Shown here: positions 41,371-51,911 of the stretch, piece by piece | Layout: each line of letters starts with the position of its first letter | How positions within the stretch are numbered: position 1 is the first letter of the stretch | IMG/VR virus record: IMGVR_UViG_3300008108_000098 | Strand: one strand, 5' to 3' | DNA from: a virus | DNA length: 64,000 nucleotides | Made by a program: the position numbers and the translations under genes | The notes under the pieces: model-generated | Databases searched by the model: none | The model's input: the letters and a program-made list of their open reading frames with translations, nothing else | Told to the model about the DNA's origin: nothing

Positions 41371-41841
41371 ATGAAAAATAAATCAATTGTAAACCAACTG
41401 AAAAATTTTCCTAAAGATTCAGAAGTGTCTTTGAAATTGAAATTAACAAAATACTCTTTGACTGAGATTTGTTATCATTCAGGCATTTGGGACGGTAAAA
41501 ACTTTTTTTGTGAGTCACAATCAAATTGGAAACATTCGGAAGCCGAATCATCTGAAGTTAATCTCGAAGAACTTATTGAATTACTATCGAGTAAAACAAT
41601 AGATGAGATGTCAAGTGATAATTTTTCAAACTTATCTTTAGGTGATTCCACTGATGGTAATATTGAGGTTAGTGAAATTGAATGGGAAGGTGATATAAAT
41701 GAAGAAGAACAATCGGATGTAGATCCAATGGATCTATATTGGAATTCTGATATTAATGATTCGGACATTACATTTGCACCAAGTTCAATTTGGTTTATGG
41801 AAATTGATGTCAATGGTGAAAAGTTTTCAATTGAAAATTAA
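41371..41841 (+). CDS. acidic protein
   Basis: Start placed at MKNKSIV. Asp/Glu/Ser-rich. Confidence 0.4.
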   Translation: MKNKSIVNQLKNFPKDSEVSLKLKLTKYSLTEICYHSGIWDGKNFFCESQSNWKHSEAESSEVNLEELIELLSSKTIDEMSSDNFSNLSLGDSTDGNIEVSEIEWEGDINEEEQSDVDPMDLYWNSDINDSDITFAPSSIWFMEIDVNGEKFSIEN

Positions 41842-42013
41842 AACACTCATATGAAAAAGATATTCTTGTTTTTATTTGTTATGATAGTTTTAACATCATG
41901 TAATCCCATGATGCACATTATCGGAGTCGGTATGAGAAAATTCAATACCTCTCAAAACAAATATTCAAAATCAAATCCATATTACAAACCCAATCAAAAA
42001 AATAATTAGTTAT

Positions 42014-42541
42014 ATGTTAATCAGATCCACCATATTATTAATTTTTTTATTCTCATCTATAGTTGGGATGTCTCAAAATAATATCGACAAAGACTCCGTT
42101 CAATATTATTTTACAAAGATTCTTAATAACTATAGACAGTCTAATGGTTTATCTAATATTAAACTAAATGATAAACTAAAACAATTCTCGGATGATCATG
42201 CAAAATACATGGCAACTATTAATAGAGTAACTCATGGTGAAAATGAATATAGTTTCCATAATCGATTTAATAAAAATTTTGTTGGATATGGAGGAGAAAA
42301 TTGTAGTGAAGTTTTAATATCAAAAAACATAAGATCTAATTTCAATAATCTAAATGTTGTTTTAGACAAAATAACAACACAAGGAATAACTAATGAATTG
42401 TTTGCACAATACACATTCTTAACTTGGAAGAATTCAAATTCACACAATAAATTTCTTTTAGATAAAGAAGTAACGTGTTTTTATCTTTCATATGAGAAAG
42501 TTAAAAACACGTACTATCTTGAATATTTTGCAATGAAATAA
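42014..42541 (+). CDS. secreted CAP/SCP/PR-1-domain protein
   Basis: Signal peptide MLIRSTILLIFLFSSIVG; CAP motifs ...HAKYMATINRVTHG. Confidence 0.55.
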   Translation: MLIRSTILLIFLFSSIVGMSQNNIDKDSVQYYFTKILNNYRQSNGLSNIKLNDKLKQFSDDHAKYMATINRVTHGENEYSFHNRFNKNFVGYGGENCSEVLISKNIRSNFNNLNVVLDKITTQGITNELFAQYTFLTWKNSNSHNKFLLDKEVTCFYLSYEKVKNTYYLEYFAMK

Positions 42542-43816
42542 TTACCACTTTGGACACCTCGCGAATTTAGGTGTGACACTCATCAATCTACCAATTCTTA
42601 TAGTCGGAAGTTCAAAACGGAAACTTGGTATTTCGATATGTAATTTTTTTCTACCTGTTGCGGTAAATCTAATAATGTAATCATTAACAGTTTTGGGTTC
42701 ATATTCATCAGGAGACCCTGGTGTGGTTGTAACACTCTTTGATTCTTTTTTTGTATCGATAACAAATTGTAAATTTATTTTAGTGTATTTGTACTGATCA
42801 TAACTTTGTTTATCTGCCATGTTTCCCGACCATTCAGGACCACTTGTACCATCCCCATTTTGACCATTGGAATTGATTGATATTTCTCCTTTAGAAAAAT
42901 CAATTGAATTTCTTTTTAATTCATTTAAAACATAATTACGAGCAGCTTCCGCTCTTGCCTTAGACAACGTCATAAATGTTGGACATGCTGCATATGGTTT
43001 TTTTGTTCTTGGATCTATTGCACAATCTTTTCCATCATTTTGTACGGTTCTACTTGGACCATTTTTTAACTTAGAACAAGATGATTCAACCACCATATTA
43101 ATTAACTTTCCTGTATTCAAACCACCTTTATCTTGTAACGCCTCTTTTGCTCTTTGTAGTGCCGCAACAATATGTTCGTTTACGAAAGTTCTAAATTCAG
43201 GTGTAAGTGTTGCCTCATTATCCACAAAAAAGTTAGATGTTTTTACTCCATCAATAGTTGATAAAATATAACCCGGTTCAATAACCTCATTTGTGACAGG
43301 TTCTGTTCCTTTTTTTACTAATTGTTTTTCTATTGTTTCCACATTGTCAACAACAATTTTTTTATCTTTTACCCCTCTTTCACTTTGAAAATCCAATTGA
43401 AAACGTTTTAAAACATGAAAATAAAACTTACGTAAGTTTTCATCTGAACTTTGTGATAATTTATTGAACGCATCTTTAGAATCAGGATCCATTCTACTTA
43501 CCATAGATTCAACAAGTTTGTAATAATCTTTGGATTCGTCTTCTTTAATTGCACCAGCGGCACCGTATTTTTTTATTTCTTCTCGAGTCCGTGCTCTATA
43601 CAAGTACGCACGTCTTTCTAAATCAATTAGTTTTGCGTTTATGTATTGTCTTTGAGTTTTAGGATCTTTTGTGGAATAGAAAAGATTTATATCTTTATTT
43701 TTTTCAATTGATATAAGTTGTTCAGATAAGATATAGTGATTTTTAGTCGCGTCTTGGTGTAATTTTAGAATTCTTTTAGATTCTTCTTCACTTAAATTAA
43801 AATTCTGTTTTATCAT
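42542..43816 (-). CDS. hypothetical protein (424 aa), opposite-strand insert
   Basis: N-terminus MIKQNFNLSEEESKRILKL carries the leader motif shared with 4 neighbours. Confidence 0.5.
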   Translation of the reverse strand: MIKQNFNLSEEESKRILKLHQDATKNHYILSEQLISIEKNKDINLFYSTKDPKTQRQYINAKLIDLERRAYLYRARTREEIKKYGAAGAIKEDESKDYYKLVESMVSRMDPDSKDAFNKLSQSSDENLRKFYFHVLKRFQLDFQSERGVKDKKIVVDNVETIEKQLVKKGTEPVTNEVIEPGYILSTIDGVKTSNFFVDNEATLTPEFRTFVNEHIVAALQRAKEALQDKGGLNTGKLINMVVESSCSKLKNGPSRTVQNDGKDCAIDPRTKKPYAACPTFMTLSKARAEAARNYVLNELKRNSIDFSKGEISINSNGQNGDGTSGPEWSGNMADKQSYDQYKYTKINLQFVIDTKKESKSVTTTPGSPDEYEPKTVNDYIIRFTATGRKKLHIEIPSFRFELPTIRIGRLMSVTPKFARCPKW

Positions 43817-43879
43817 TTTAAGAGTTTTTTATATAAATATTTGAAAAGTTATTAGGTTTTATAAATATATTTATTAAGA

Positions 43880-44416
43880 GTGAATTTACAAGAAAACATA
43901 GAAAGAATCAAGGAAATGATGGACATTTCATCACAAAATGTCAAATATGATGCTATTCTTATTGGTGGATTAGATTATAGAAAGGATAAAAAGGGGAAAT
44001 TAATTGACAAAACTATAGATGAACAAGTAGAATTATTAAAACAAGGTTTTGGGAAAGATAAAAAGATAAAAGGTTTTCAATTTAATGTCAGTTCTTCTAC
44101 ATTACTTGAATTTTTAGAGACGAATCCCAAAGTTCCTGTGTTTTTATTCAGTGCAGGTTGTAAAATGGCTTTTGATATATCAAGAAGTCCATTTGTGGAT
44201 AAGAAGAAGATTTACATAATTGAACCTTGGGGTCTTGGGGAGATCACTCCTAATATTGTAAAAAATGCGGTTAAAGGTGGTGTACCACCAAGACATGTAT
44301 TTGTTGGAATAAGTAAAGGTACGGGTGTTGGTATTGTAGATGGGGCTGTCCCATCTGGTGCAACAGATCATTGGAGTGCACTTACTCTTGTGGGTAAAAT
44401 GATGAGTACAAAATAA
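43880..44416 (+). CDS. hypothetical protein
   Basis: N-terminus MNLQENIERIKEMM. Confidence 0.45.
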   Translation: MNLQENIERIKEMMDISSQNVKYDAILIGGLDYRKDKKGKLIDKTIDEQVELLKQGFGKDKKIKGFQFNVSSSTLLEFLETNPKVPVFLFSAGCKMAFDISRSPFVDKKKIYIIEPWGLGEITPNIVKNAVKGGVPPRHVFVGISKGTGVGIVDGAVPSGATDHWSALTLVGKMMSTK

Positions 44417-44443
44417 AACATATTTTCTCTATTTATATATAAC

Positions 44444-45658
44444 ATGAAGAAGATTATCATTACCGAATCACAATTAAAAAGAATATTTCTCGAAGAACAA
44501 TCTGAGGAATATGTTGAACATAAACTTTATGAAGATCATTTGGTAAAGACCACATATTTTGCACCTAAGGATAAAATCTCAAAGTTATTTCATGGTCATG
44601 GGTATACATTTACAATTGATATTTTAAACAAATCAAAATTACCTATGACTCTTTTGGCTAAGACACCATCAGATTGGGGTTATAGAGGAGAAAAAGATTT
44701 GAATTTTTCAAAACATGCGGTACGTCCAAATGATTTAGGTGAGGTTGAATTCAGTATTGACGCAAATAAAAGAAGTGAAGGCGGTTTCTTTACAACAACA
44801 GTGAATATCACATATATTATTGGGAAAACAAAGAAATCATTCGATGTTAGTTTATCTTTTCAAAAACCAAGTAGAGAAGAAACTATAAATTATTGTAAAA
44901 AGTTTTATAATGATGGTGTTTTGAACAAAGCTAAATCAACAGTATTGAAGTGGTTAGATGACCCAATAACCATTCAAAAATATATAAAGAATTGGGATAT
45001 GTCAAAATCTGTAGTGGATTATTATTTTCATCACTATAAAAAGACAATAAAAGATGTCAAATTAGAATATGTGATTGATCCAGATGGTGAATATTTGGCC
45101 CAAGTTGCACCAAGAAATTTTAACAAAATATTCAATACTGCAAAGTTTGTTCCTGTAACAATAAATTGTGTTGATAAGTATTTAAACCAATCTTTAAATG
45201 CGAAAGATTTTGAATCGGTATTAATACATGAGATGCAACATTTATTAAATATAATACATCCGTGGCATCCTGAGTCTGAATCACCGATAAAAAAAACTTC
45301 TAATCTTTACGACATAGCAAAATCACAGATAGGTAAAATCACAAATACTGATCAAAGTTTTTATATTATTAAAAGATTAATTAGTGATGGATTTAATGAA
45401 AAAGACGCAAAAACCTTGGCCACGGATTATGTTTGGTCAAGTTATTTAAAATCACATACAGAATATTTGAATAGTGGTAATGAACTTGCGTCATTCGTAT
45501 TAGGACTAAGAAGATCTTTAAATTTAAGACCAGGACAAGAAATTACTAAAGACAATATTATTAAGAATATAGATAATCCAAATGCGACTTGGATAATAAG
45601 ATTCTATATTAAAAGTGAATTACCTCTTGAGACATTCCTAAGAAGAACAGATTCTTGA
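44444..45658 (+). CDS. putative zinc metallopeptidase (HExxH)
   Basis: N-terminus MKKIIITESQLKRIFLEE; motif IHEMQHLLN. Confidence 0.5.
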   Translation: MKKIIITESQLKRIFLEEQSEEYVEHKLYEDHLVKTTYFAPKDKISKLFHGHGYTFTIDILNKSKLPMTLLAKTPSDWGYRGEKDLNFSKHAVRPNDLGEVEFSIDANKRSEGGFFTTTVNITYIIGKTKKSFDVSLSFQKPSREETINYCKKFYNDGVLNKAKSTVLKWLDDPITIQKYIKNWDMSKSVVDYYFHHYKKTIKDVKLEYVIDPDGEYLAQVAPRNFNKIFNTAKFVPVTINCVDKYLNQSLNAKDFESVLIHEMQHLLNIIHPWHPESESPIKKTSNLYDIAKSQIGKITNTDQSFYIIKRLISDGFNEKDAKTLATDYVWSSYLKSHTEYLNSGNELASFVLGLRRSLNLRPGQEITKDNIIKNIDNPNATWIIRFYIKSELPLETFLRRTDS

Positions 45659-45855
45659 ATATAGTATAATGATTGACAGTTTGATGGATGAACAACATTA
45701 TTTCCTCGAGTATTTAAAAATTGAAAAACAATGGAACTATCCGAAAGAGAAAAAGATGACATATGGGCAGGAGTAATTGTGATTACTATGGTGTCTTTTT
45801 TTATTATCATGAGTTTTATGTCAACATAAACCCGGTGAAGAATTCGGCCACTAAC

Positions 45856-45884
45856 TATATAATGGGCATGATGTGATCCAAGAA
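45856..45884 (-). pseudogene. remnant of the 3' end of an SGNH-family gene
   Basis: 27/29 nt identical to the last codons and stop of 47095..47712. Encodes ..VLGSHHAHYI* versus ..QILDHIMPNI*. Confidence 0.45.
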
Positions 45885-45930
45885 CTAATCACGGATTCTT
45901 TTATTTATACTTGTTGAATATTTATAAAAG

Positions 45931-47088
45931 ATGAGAATTTTAGTCACTGAAAACCAATTATTAAGATTAATTGAAGAATCAAAACCGGGACCCCTTCAAT
46001 ACTTAGGTAAGAAATTAGCAAGTGCCGCTAAAGATGCATTAGGAATGACACCTAAGGTTACAGATCTAAGAGATCTCAGGTTTAAATATTTAAAATTAAA
46101 AGATGCAATTGGTAGGTTCAAATATGAGTATATAAAAAAGAATTCATCCAACAAATACGATGAATTGGTCTCAAAATATAAACTTGGATTAATTTCTTCA
46201 GATGATTTTATCAAAACTTTAGAGATAGGAACAAGAATAAACTTTATAAAACCCGTTACTAAAGTTTATTCATATAAAGGCGTGAAGTTTAGTGAAAAGG
46301 AACACGATGACATTATAAAAATTCTTGATCAAATTGATTACAGGGTAAATAATGGTGGTATAAACACAAATGAGGCCCAGGTACTTGGTTCGTTAGAAAT
46401 AAAAACAACAAGAGGAAATGAAAGTGATATAATTGGATATAACGATCAATGGGTTGATAATGTTGCCAAACAATATAATTGGGATCAGATATCCATCGAT
46501 GCTTGGAAGAGTGCTGGTGGATTTGCACCTGACGGAACATCAAATATTTATATCAACCTTCAAAAAATATATTACACAAAACCGGATTTGAGGTTCATAT
46601 TTTTTCATGAGTTTGCACACATGAAAGATCCGGCAATGATACCATCAGTATCACCTAAATATCGTAAAAATTATGTTCCAAAAGATTTTCCACTCACAAA
46701 AAAATATGAATTTCACCAAGCAGAATTGGTTGCAAATAGGGCATCTTTAGTAAATTCTATTGTAGACATAACGAATACTTGGTTAAAAAATAAAGTACCT
46801 AAACAAACCATTATATTAAAGTTACAAGAGTTGGTAAAACTTCTTCGACAAGGTAAAATTGATAAAGAATCTGTTGGAAAAGTTATCGGGAACAATGAGG
46901 CTGAGGGGTACATTTCAGATAAATTACATATCTTTTTTTCAAAAAAGAAAGAATTTCCTAAAGAAGTAAATAAAACCATAACAGATTTGGTTGTACAAAT
47001 AGACAGGATTATATTACAACTAAATAATCAAAGATTAAAGGAATCTGTACATTCTTCCGAGTCTATTATGGTGACCCATTTCCGTTAA
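45931..47088 (+). CDS. putative zinc metallopeptidase (HExxH), paralog of 44444..45658
   Basis: N-terminus MRILVTENQLLRLIEESK; motif FFHEFAHMKDP. Confidence 0.5.
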   Translation: MRILVTENQLLRLIEESKPGPLQYLGKKLASAAKDALGMTPKVTDLRDLRFKYLKLKDAIGRFKYEYIKKNSSNKYDELVSKYKLGLISSDDFIKTLEIGTRINFIKPVTKVYSYKGVKFSEKEHDDIIKILDQIDYRVNNGGINTNEAQVLGSLEIKTTRGNESDIIGYNDQWVDNVAKQYNWDQISIDAWKSAGGFAPDGTSNIYINLQKIYYTKPDLRFIFFHEFAHMKDPAMIPSVSPKYRKNYVPKDFPLTKKYEFHQAELVANRASLVNSIVDITNTWLKNKVPKQTIILKLQELVKLLRQGKIDKESVGKVIGNNEAEGYISDKLHIFFSKKKEFPKEVNKTITDLVVQIDRIILQLNNQRLKESVHSSESIMVTHFR

Positions 47089-47094
47089 CCAAGA

Positions 47095-47712
47095 TTATAT
47101 ATTGGGCATAATGTGATCCAAGATTTGACCTTGGACTCCTTTGGTATAATGGCAACACTGATGTTTATTATATCCATTATCAACCAACCACCGATTAAAT
47201 CCAACATCGAACTTGATGTGTTTACCGCATTTTAATAACTGATCCGACCATTCGGTGTTCTCGTTGTAGATATAAAATATCTTAACTCCCCTACTTTCCA
47301 ACTGTTCAAAGATTATATTGAATTGGTGGAATAGTCTTCTATTATAATCCTCACTATAATCTAAAAGGTGGGTGATGATATCAAACATATGTTTTTCATT
47401 AGTCAGGATCTTTCCATTCTCGTCCATACCATCCACATAGAATCTGTTGGTTGATTTGATTTCGTTATCGTTTTTATCGTAGAAACATCCTCTAACGAAA
47501 TAACTGAAGTTAAAGAATAGGATATCATTTGGTTTGAACTCGAATAGTTTTTGTAGGAGACGATGGAGGATCATTTCGTTGGATCCGCCGGGGAGTATAC
47601 TGTTATTACAATTATATTCATAACCAATTCTATGGGACAGAAGTTCAACGAAGTGAGGTTCCTTATTTTCTGTGTACCCATAACTGTCCCCGAAGTGATA
47701 TATTGTGTTCAT
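47095..47712 (-). CDS. SGNH/GDSL-like hydrolase paralog
   Basis: N-terminus MNTIYHFGDSYGY. Convergent with 45931..47088 with a 6-nt gap. Confidence 0.5.
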   Translation of the reverse strand: MNTIYHFGDSYGYTENKEPHFVELLSHRIGYEYNCNNSILPGGSNEMILHRLLQKLFEFKPNDILFFNFSYFVRGCFYDKNDNEIKSTNRFYVDGMDENGKILTNEKHMFDIITHLLDYSEDYNRRLFHQFNIIFEQLESRGVKIFYIYNENTEWSDQLLKCGKHIKFDVGFNRWLVDNGYNKHQCCHYTKGVQGQILDHIMPNI

Positions 47713-47781
47713 ATGTTTAAATAATAAATAAATTTTGGGATATTGCGAATAATATTATATATTTGGGGTATAATACTAAAT

Positions 47782-47910
47782 TATGGATATGTTTCAATTT
47801 ATTTGGGGATTCTTAATAGGAATCGGAGTAGGTTTTATAATTGGGTTGCTTATAGCAAAACGAATTGTAAAAGATACAATTAGAAAAGTTTTAAATAATG
47901 TGAGACCATG
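47782..47910 (+). CDS. small YneF/UPF0154-like membrane peptide (42 aa)
   Basis: Translates MDMFQFIWGFLIGIGVGFIIGLLIAKRIVKDTIRKVLNNVRP. ATGA overlap with the next gene. Not in the ORF track. Confidence 0.4.
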
Positions 47911-48222
47911 AGCAATTTTAATTTGGTACCAGACAACGGTAGTTTGACAATGAAAGGAAGTGGTTTGGTGAAAATCAAAACCCGAATAAAGATTTATGGT
48001 ACGGGTACGGAATTGCCGGTGGAGATTACTGCAGACTTTAACAACATACCACATCATTTACACCAATCCTATCTTCAATCCTTAACCTACCAATACAATA
48101 CATCGGTTAGTGTATATAACAACACAGAAGAAGAACCATACCCAATGACAATTAAAGAGAGACAAAGGGAATGGAGATTGAATAAGATTGTGGATATTAT
48201 TTGTAAAGGATTAAAAAAATAA
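47908..48222 (+). CDS. hypothetical protein
   Basis: 104-aa ORF. Confidence 0.4.
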   Translation: MSNFNLVPDNGSLTMKGSGLVKIKTRIKIYGTGTELPVEITADFNNIPHHLHQSYLQSLTYQYNTSVSVYNNTEEEPYPMTIKERQREWRLNKIVDIICKGLKK

Positions 48223-48225
48223 AAT

Positions 48226-48411
48226 ATGTCAGGAGATATTGAAATGGGTAAATGTGATTTCTGTAAAGAAATTAAACCTGTACAAAGAACGTACTTGGAA
48301 CCAACCAAATATTCAAAACCCGAACATCCCAACAATGTTAAATTATATAATGAGGGTAATTACTTTTTCATTATAAGAACTTGCAGTGATTGTGGTGAAC
48401 CAAAAATATAA
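48226..48411 (+). CDS. zinc-ribbon small protein
   Basis: Motifs CDFC ... CSDC. Confidence 0.4.
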   Translation: MSGDIEMGKCDFCKEIKPVQRTYLEPTKYSKPEHPNNVKLYNEGNYFFIIRTCSDCGEPKI

Positions 48412-48498
48412 ACATATGTCACAATCAGATGGGATTTTATTTTTTATTGCAATATGGATTCTTGGATTTTTGGCTGGATACTTTAAAGGAAAAAATAA

Positions 48499-49098
48499 AT
48501 GATAGACAACATTGAATTAATAAAACCATTATTAAACTTTGAGAAAGAAGGTGACTTCTATATGCTTTATGTTTTCAAACGTAAGAAAGATCAACCAGAG
48601 GATGAGAGAGATAATCATCAGTCGGTAAGAACTATTAAAACATATTGTATTGAAAGTATTGATCATCTTAATAGAAGGTACGATGAAATCAAACAGTTAT
48701 GTGAAATGTTCAAAGCACGTGCATACATTCATGTTCAGAAACAGAATCACTTTGACGTATCATTGAGTATGATGGTTGATCTTGCTCAACGAATTCAGAA
48801 TGGACAACACAATCAAAAAGGATTGTTTGATAGTGTTGTTGGTCAAATTAAAACACAAGAAAAAAGATGGATTGTTGATTTAGATACAAAGGATGAAAAT
48901 GAAATTGTAAGAATGACTAAAGTAATCAATGTTACAAGACCTGAAGGTGATAAAATTGAGGCAATTATTCCTACAAAGAATGGTTACCACTTTATCACTA
49001 AAAGATTTGATGTTCAGATGTTTGGTAATGTTTATCCTGATATTGATATTCAAAAAAAGAACCCAACATTACTTTATCTTCCAAATTCTTTAAATTAG
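48499..49098 (+). CDS. hypothetical protein
   Basis: 199-aa ORF. Confidence 0.45.
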   Translation: MIDNIELIKPLLNFEKEGDFYMLYVFKRKKDQPEDERDNHQSVRTIKTYCIESIDHLNRRYDEIKQLCEMFKARAYIHVQKQNHFDVSLSMMVDLAQRIQNGQHNQKGLFDSVVGQIKTQEKRWIVDLDTKDENEIVRMTKVINVTRPEGDKIEAIIPTKNGYHFITKRFDVQMFGNVYPDIDIQKKNPTLLYLPNSLN

Positions 49099-49404
49099 GA
49101 AAATAATATGATACAAAAACTTTCAATAAAAGGATGGAGAATAAACTTTGTTTTCAGACACAAGTTTGAAAAAGAAATGGAACTCCTTGACAAAATGCGT
49201 TGGAATAAATACGAACTTGGACTTTGGTTTAAGAAATACAAAGCAATTGGTCGTCCCAAAGAAGGTCCAGCAATAATCGGAAAGGATGCACATTTAACCA
49301 ATTGTTATATGTTCGGAGTTGAGTTACTCATTTGCAAGTTTTGGATAGACATTTCCTATAGACCACTCACATTAAAGATTGATTAAATTTTAAAAACAAA
49401 TAAT

Positions 49405-49740
49405 ATGAAAAATCAAATGATTGAAACTGAAATTAACTATGACTACATCAATGCTTTGGTAGAAATTGAACAAAAAAAAGCAGAGTATGAAATGGGTCAT
49501 CCGTTACCAACAATAGCACAAACATTTATTGAACTTGGTCAAAAAAGAGGTATAGCCATAGATATTGAGTATGGCGTATCTAAAAACACGGTTGGATATT
49601 TTATTACCGCCTTTGACAAGAGATTATTTCTACCTGATTTATGGATAGAAGATAATTCTCCTTCTAATGTAGCTATGGCTACACAATGGTTTGAAAATAT
49701 GCTCAACAAATTATCTTCCCCTAACACACAAAACAAATAA
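49405..49740 (+). CDS. hypothetical protein
   Basis: 111-aa ORF. Confidence 0.4.
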   Translation: MKNQMIETEINYDYINALVEIEQKKAEYEMGHPLPTIAQTFIELGQKRGIAIDIEYGVSKNTVGYFITAFDKRLFLPDLWIEDNSPSNVAMATQWFENMLNKLSSPNTQNK

Positions 49741-50179
49741 TATGAAACTATATACAGAAGAACAAGTAAAGAACTTTCTTAAAGAAAGAACATTTATGAC
49801 AGAAGATGCTATTGATAAATTATGTGCTCCTTTGACACCAATAGAACTACCAAGTGATGAGTATATTGATGAAGTATTTCAACCAATGACAGAGTTACAC
49901 CAATATTACAAAGATGGGTTTATTAATGGTGCTAAATGGATGAAAGAACAAATACTTAACCAAAACAAATAATATGTCACAACAAACACCGGTGGAGTGG
50001 CTTGAGAAATTATACAAAGAAGGGATATTGATTCCCAAATCATTTGAATTGGCCAAACAAATGGAACAAGATATTATCTCCGAGTCATGGAACGATGGAA
50101 ATCTAATTGGAAGGAATGGATGGATCATAGAGGAATATAGCACGGGGAAACAATATTATAAGAAGAAGTATAAGGATAA

Positions 50180-50497
50180 ATGAAATCATTTAAGTTTTTG
50201 GATAACAATGGGGATGACTACACCTTAATACCTGATGAAACGGCATCATGGATGTGGCATAATGACTTTATGTTAAGAGATAACATAGAGGGTTACACTT
50301 GGCAGTTAAAAACAATTAGGTGTGATGGAATAATCAATTTTTTGAATCAGTTTCCAAATTTGTACATTGTTCCCGTATATTCGATCACGGGGAATAACAT
50401 TCGTCACGATTCATTTAATCAGGGACACGGCTGGGGTTTTAATATACAAACGGAACATTTAAATATAGAATACTTTCAATTGGTACCAAATAATTAA
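50180..50497 (+). CDS. hypothetical protein
   Basis: 105-aa ORF. Confidence 0.4.
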   Translation: MKSFKFLDNNGDDYTLIPDETASWMWHNDFMLRDNIEGYTWQLKTIRCDGIINFLNQFPNLYIVPVYSITGNNIRHDSFNQGHGWGFNIQTEHLNIEYFQLVPNN

Positions 50498-50554
50498 ATA
50501 GTTTAGGTGATAGTGTGTGAAGATGGAGAAATATAATAGGATATTTATAAGGAT

Positions 50555-50953
50555 ATGGATAAGATTGACACAGAACATAAAAAAGGAATACGTGATCTTG
50601 CGATTATGATGGAAATTATCATAAGAGATGGAATGGAGGATATTCATGCGAGTGGTGAACTTGATCAGGAGGATATGAAGAGTATGAACATATCCCTAAG
50701 AAATAATTTCTTTACTTATTTAACAAGAACTAATAAATTTGACATCCATGATGTTCACGGTATGTTAAAGAAGGTCATGTTACCATTTCGTGATAAGGTT
50801 AAAAATAAACGAAACTTTGATAAAGCACTTTTAAATGCGGTTCACGAATTGAGAACAATATTAAAAGACGCCCTTAAAGACCCGAGTATTTTAAGTATAC
50901 TATATGCGAGGGTAAAAGGATTTAAGTACGAGGAACCTGAATTTATAATATGA
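50555..50953 (+). CDS. hypothetical protein
   Basis: 132-aa ORF; ATGA overlap with the next gene. Confidence 0.4.
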   Translation: MDKIDTEHKKGIRDLAIMMEIIIRDGMEDIHASGELDQEDMKSMNISLRNNFFTYLTRTNKFDIHDVHGMLKKVMLPFRDKVKNKRNFDKALLNAVHELRTILKDALKDPSILSILYARVKGFKYEEPEFII

Positions 50954-51294
50954 AAATCTTAATCACCGAGCAACAGTATAATAGATTGATGGAAGGGTTT
51001 GTGGACATTCCGGTGGAGGAAGATATTACACTTGAACTATGGGAAGATAAGAATAGATTGGAACTATCCACAATAGTAATTCCCAAACATCTAAGAGGTC
51101 AGGGTAAGGGAACTGAGATAATGAATAAGGTTATTGAATACTCCGAACAAGTTAACAAACCGATCTATCTAACCCCTGACACCAGTTTCGGGGGAACATC
51201 TATAAACAGACTTAAAAGATTCTATAGAAGATTCGGATTTACAAAGAACACAGACCAAGAGGTTTCACATAGTATGGTGAGATATCCTAATTAA
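50950..51294 (+). CDS. GNAT-fold acetyltransferase-like protein
   Basis: N-terminus MKILITEQQYNRLMEGF; motif RGQGKGTEIM...FYRRFGF. Confidence 0.5.
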   Translation: MKILITEQQYNRLMEGFVDIPVEEDITLELWEDKNRLELSTIVIPKHLRGQGKGTEIMNKVIEYSEQVNKPIYLTPDTSFGGTSINRLKRFYRRFGFTKNTDQEVSHSMVRYPN

Positions 51295-51414
51295 GAAAGT
51301 CCTCACCTGTAATGGGTGGGGATAATTGGGAGAGAATAGAGAGATAGGTACCAGAAGACAGGAAAGATTTTCACTTCTTTAAAGGTTCACACTTTCCCGA
51401 ATAGATCCCCTGAA

Positions 51415-51432
51415 GGGGTCCGTCAGGACCCC
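51415..51432. other. perfect GC hairpin GGGGTCC-GTCA-GGACCCC
   Basis: Seen directly. Overlaps the CCCCTGAAGGGG hairpin at 51407-51418. Confidence 0.7.
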
Positions 51433-51682
51433 GTAAATTACCCCCGATTTATTCCGTCTAACTACCCTGAAAACCCTATAAAATTCCCCCTGTTTTTAGG
51501 TACATTTTGTCGTAGTTATTTTATATACAGATATAACCATATAAACTTGTTAAATTCCGTGTAGGATATATACCAGCCACGATTTGGGGAAAAAGTGGGG
51601 AAAAGTGGTAATATGTGGGGGATTGACCCTTGCGTGAATTAAGACCCATATTATAAAAATTTATATGCATAACTGTTATTGC

Positions 51683-51699
51683 GGGGTCCTTCGGACCCC
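51683..51699. other. perfect GC hairpin GGGGTCC-TTC-GGACCCC
   Basis: Same stem sequence as 51415. Confidence 0.7.
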
Positions 51700-51847
51700 T
51701 TCAGGACTGACATAGTGTCCGTTTTCATTATATATACGTATATATTATATGTGTAATACGGTGAGTGTCATACGATTAGTTTCTACTTAACATAATCGTA
51801 GTTATAAGACACAATATAACCCCCTCACGTCATACGAACGGGATGAA

Positions 51848-51866
51848 GGGCCACCGAAGGTGGCCC
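51848..51866. other. perfect GC hairpin GGGCCACC-GAA-GGTGGCCC
   Basis: 8-bp stem, seen directly. Confidence 0.7.
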
Positions 51867-51911
51867 GTAATTCTGTTTAACTTTTTAAGATCGTTGTTTA
51901 AACAACTATTA

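Noticed and set aside
1458-50647. Short antisense ORFs inside long + or - genes (e.g. 1458..1661, 11226..11504, 17858..18094, 26812..27105, 41475..41813, 46713..46979)
   Set aside because: They are fully embedded in longer, better-supported ORFs on the opposite strand. An AT-rich genome yields many chance ORFs.
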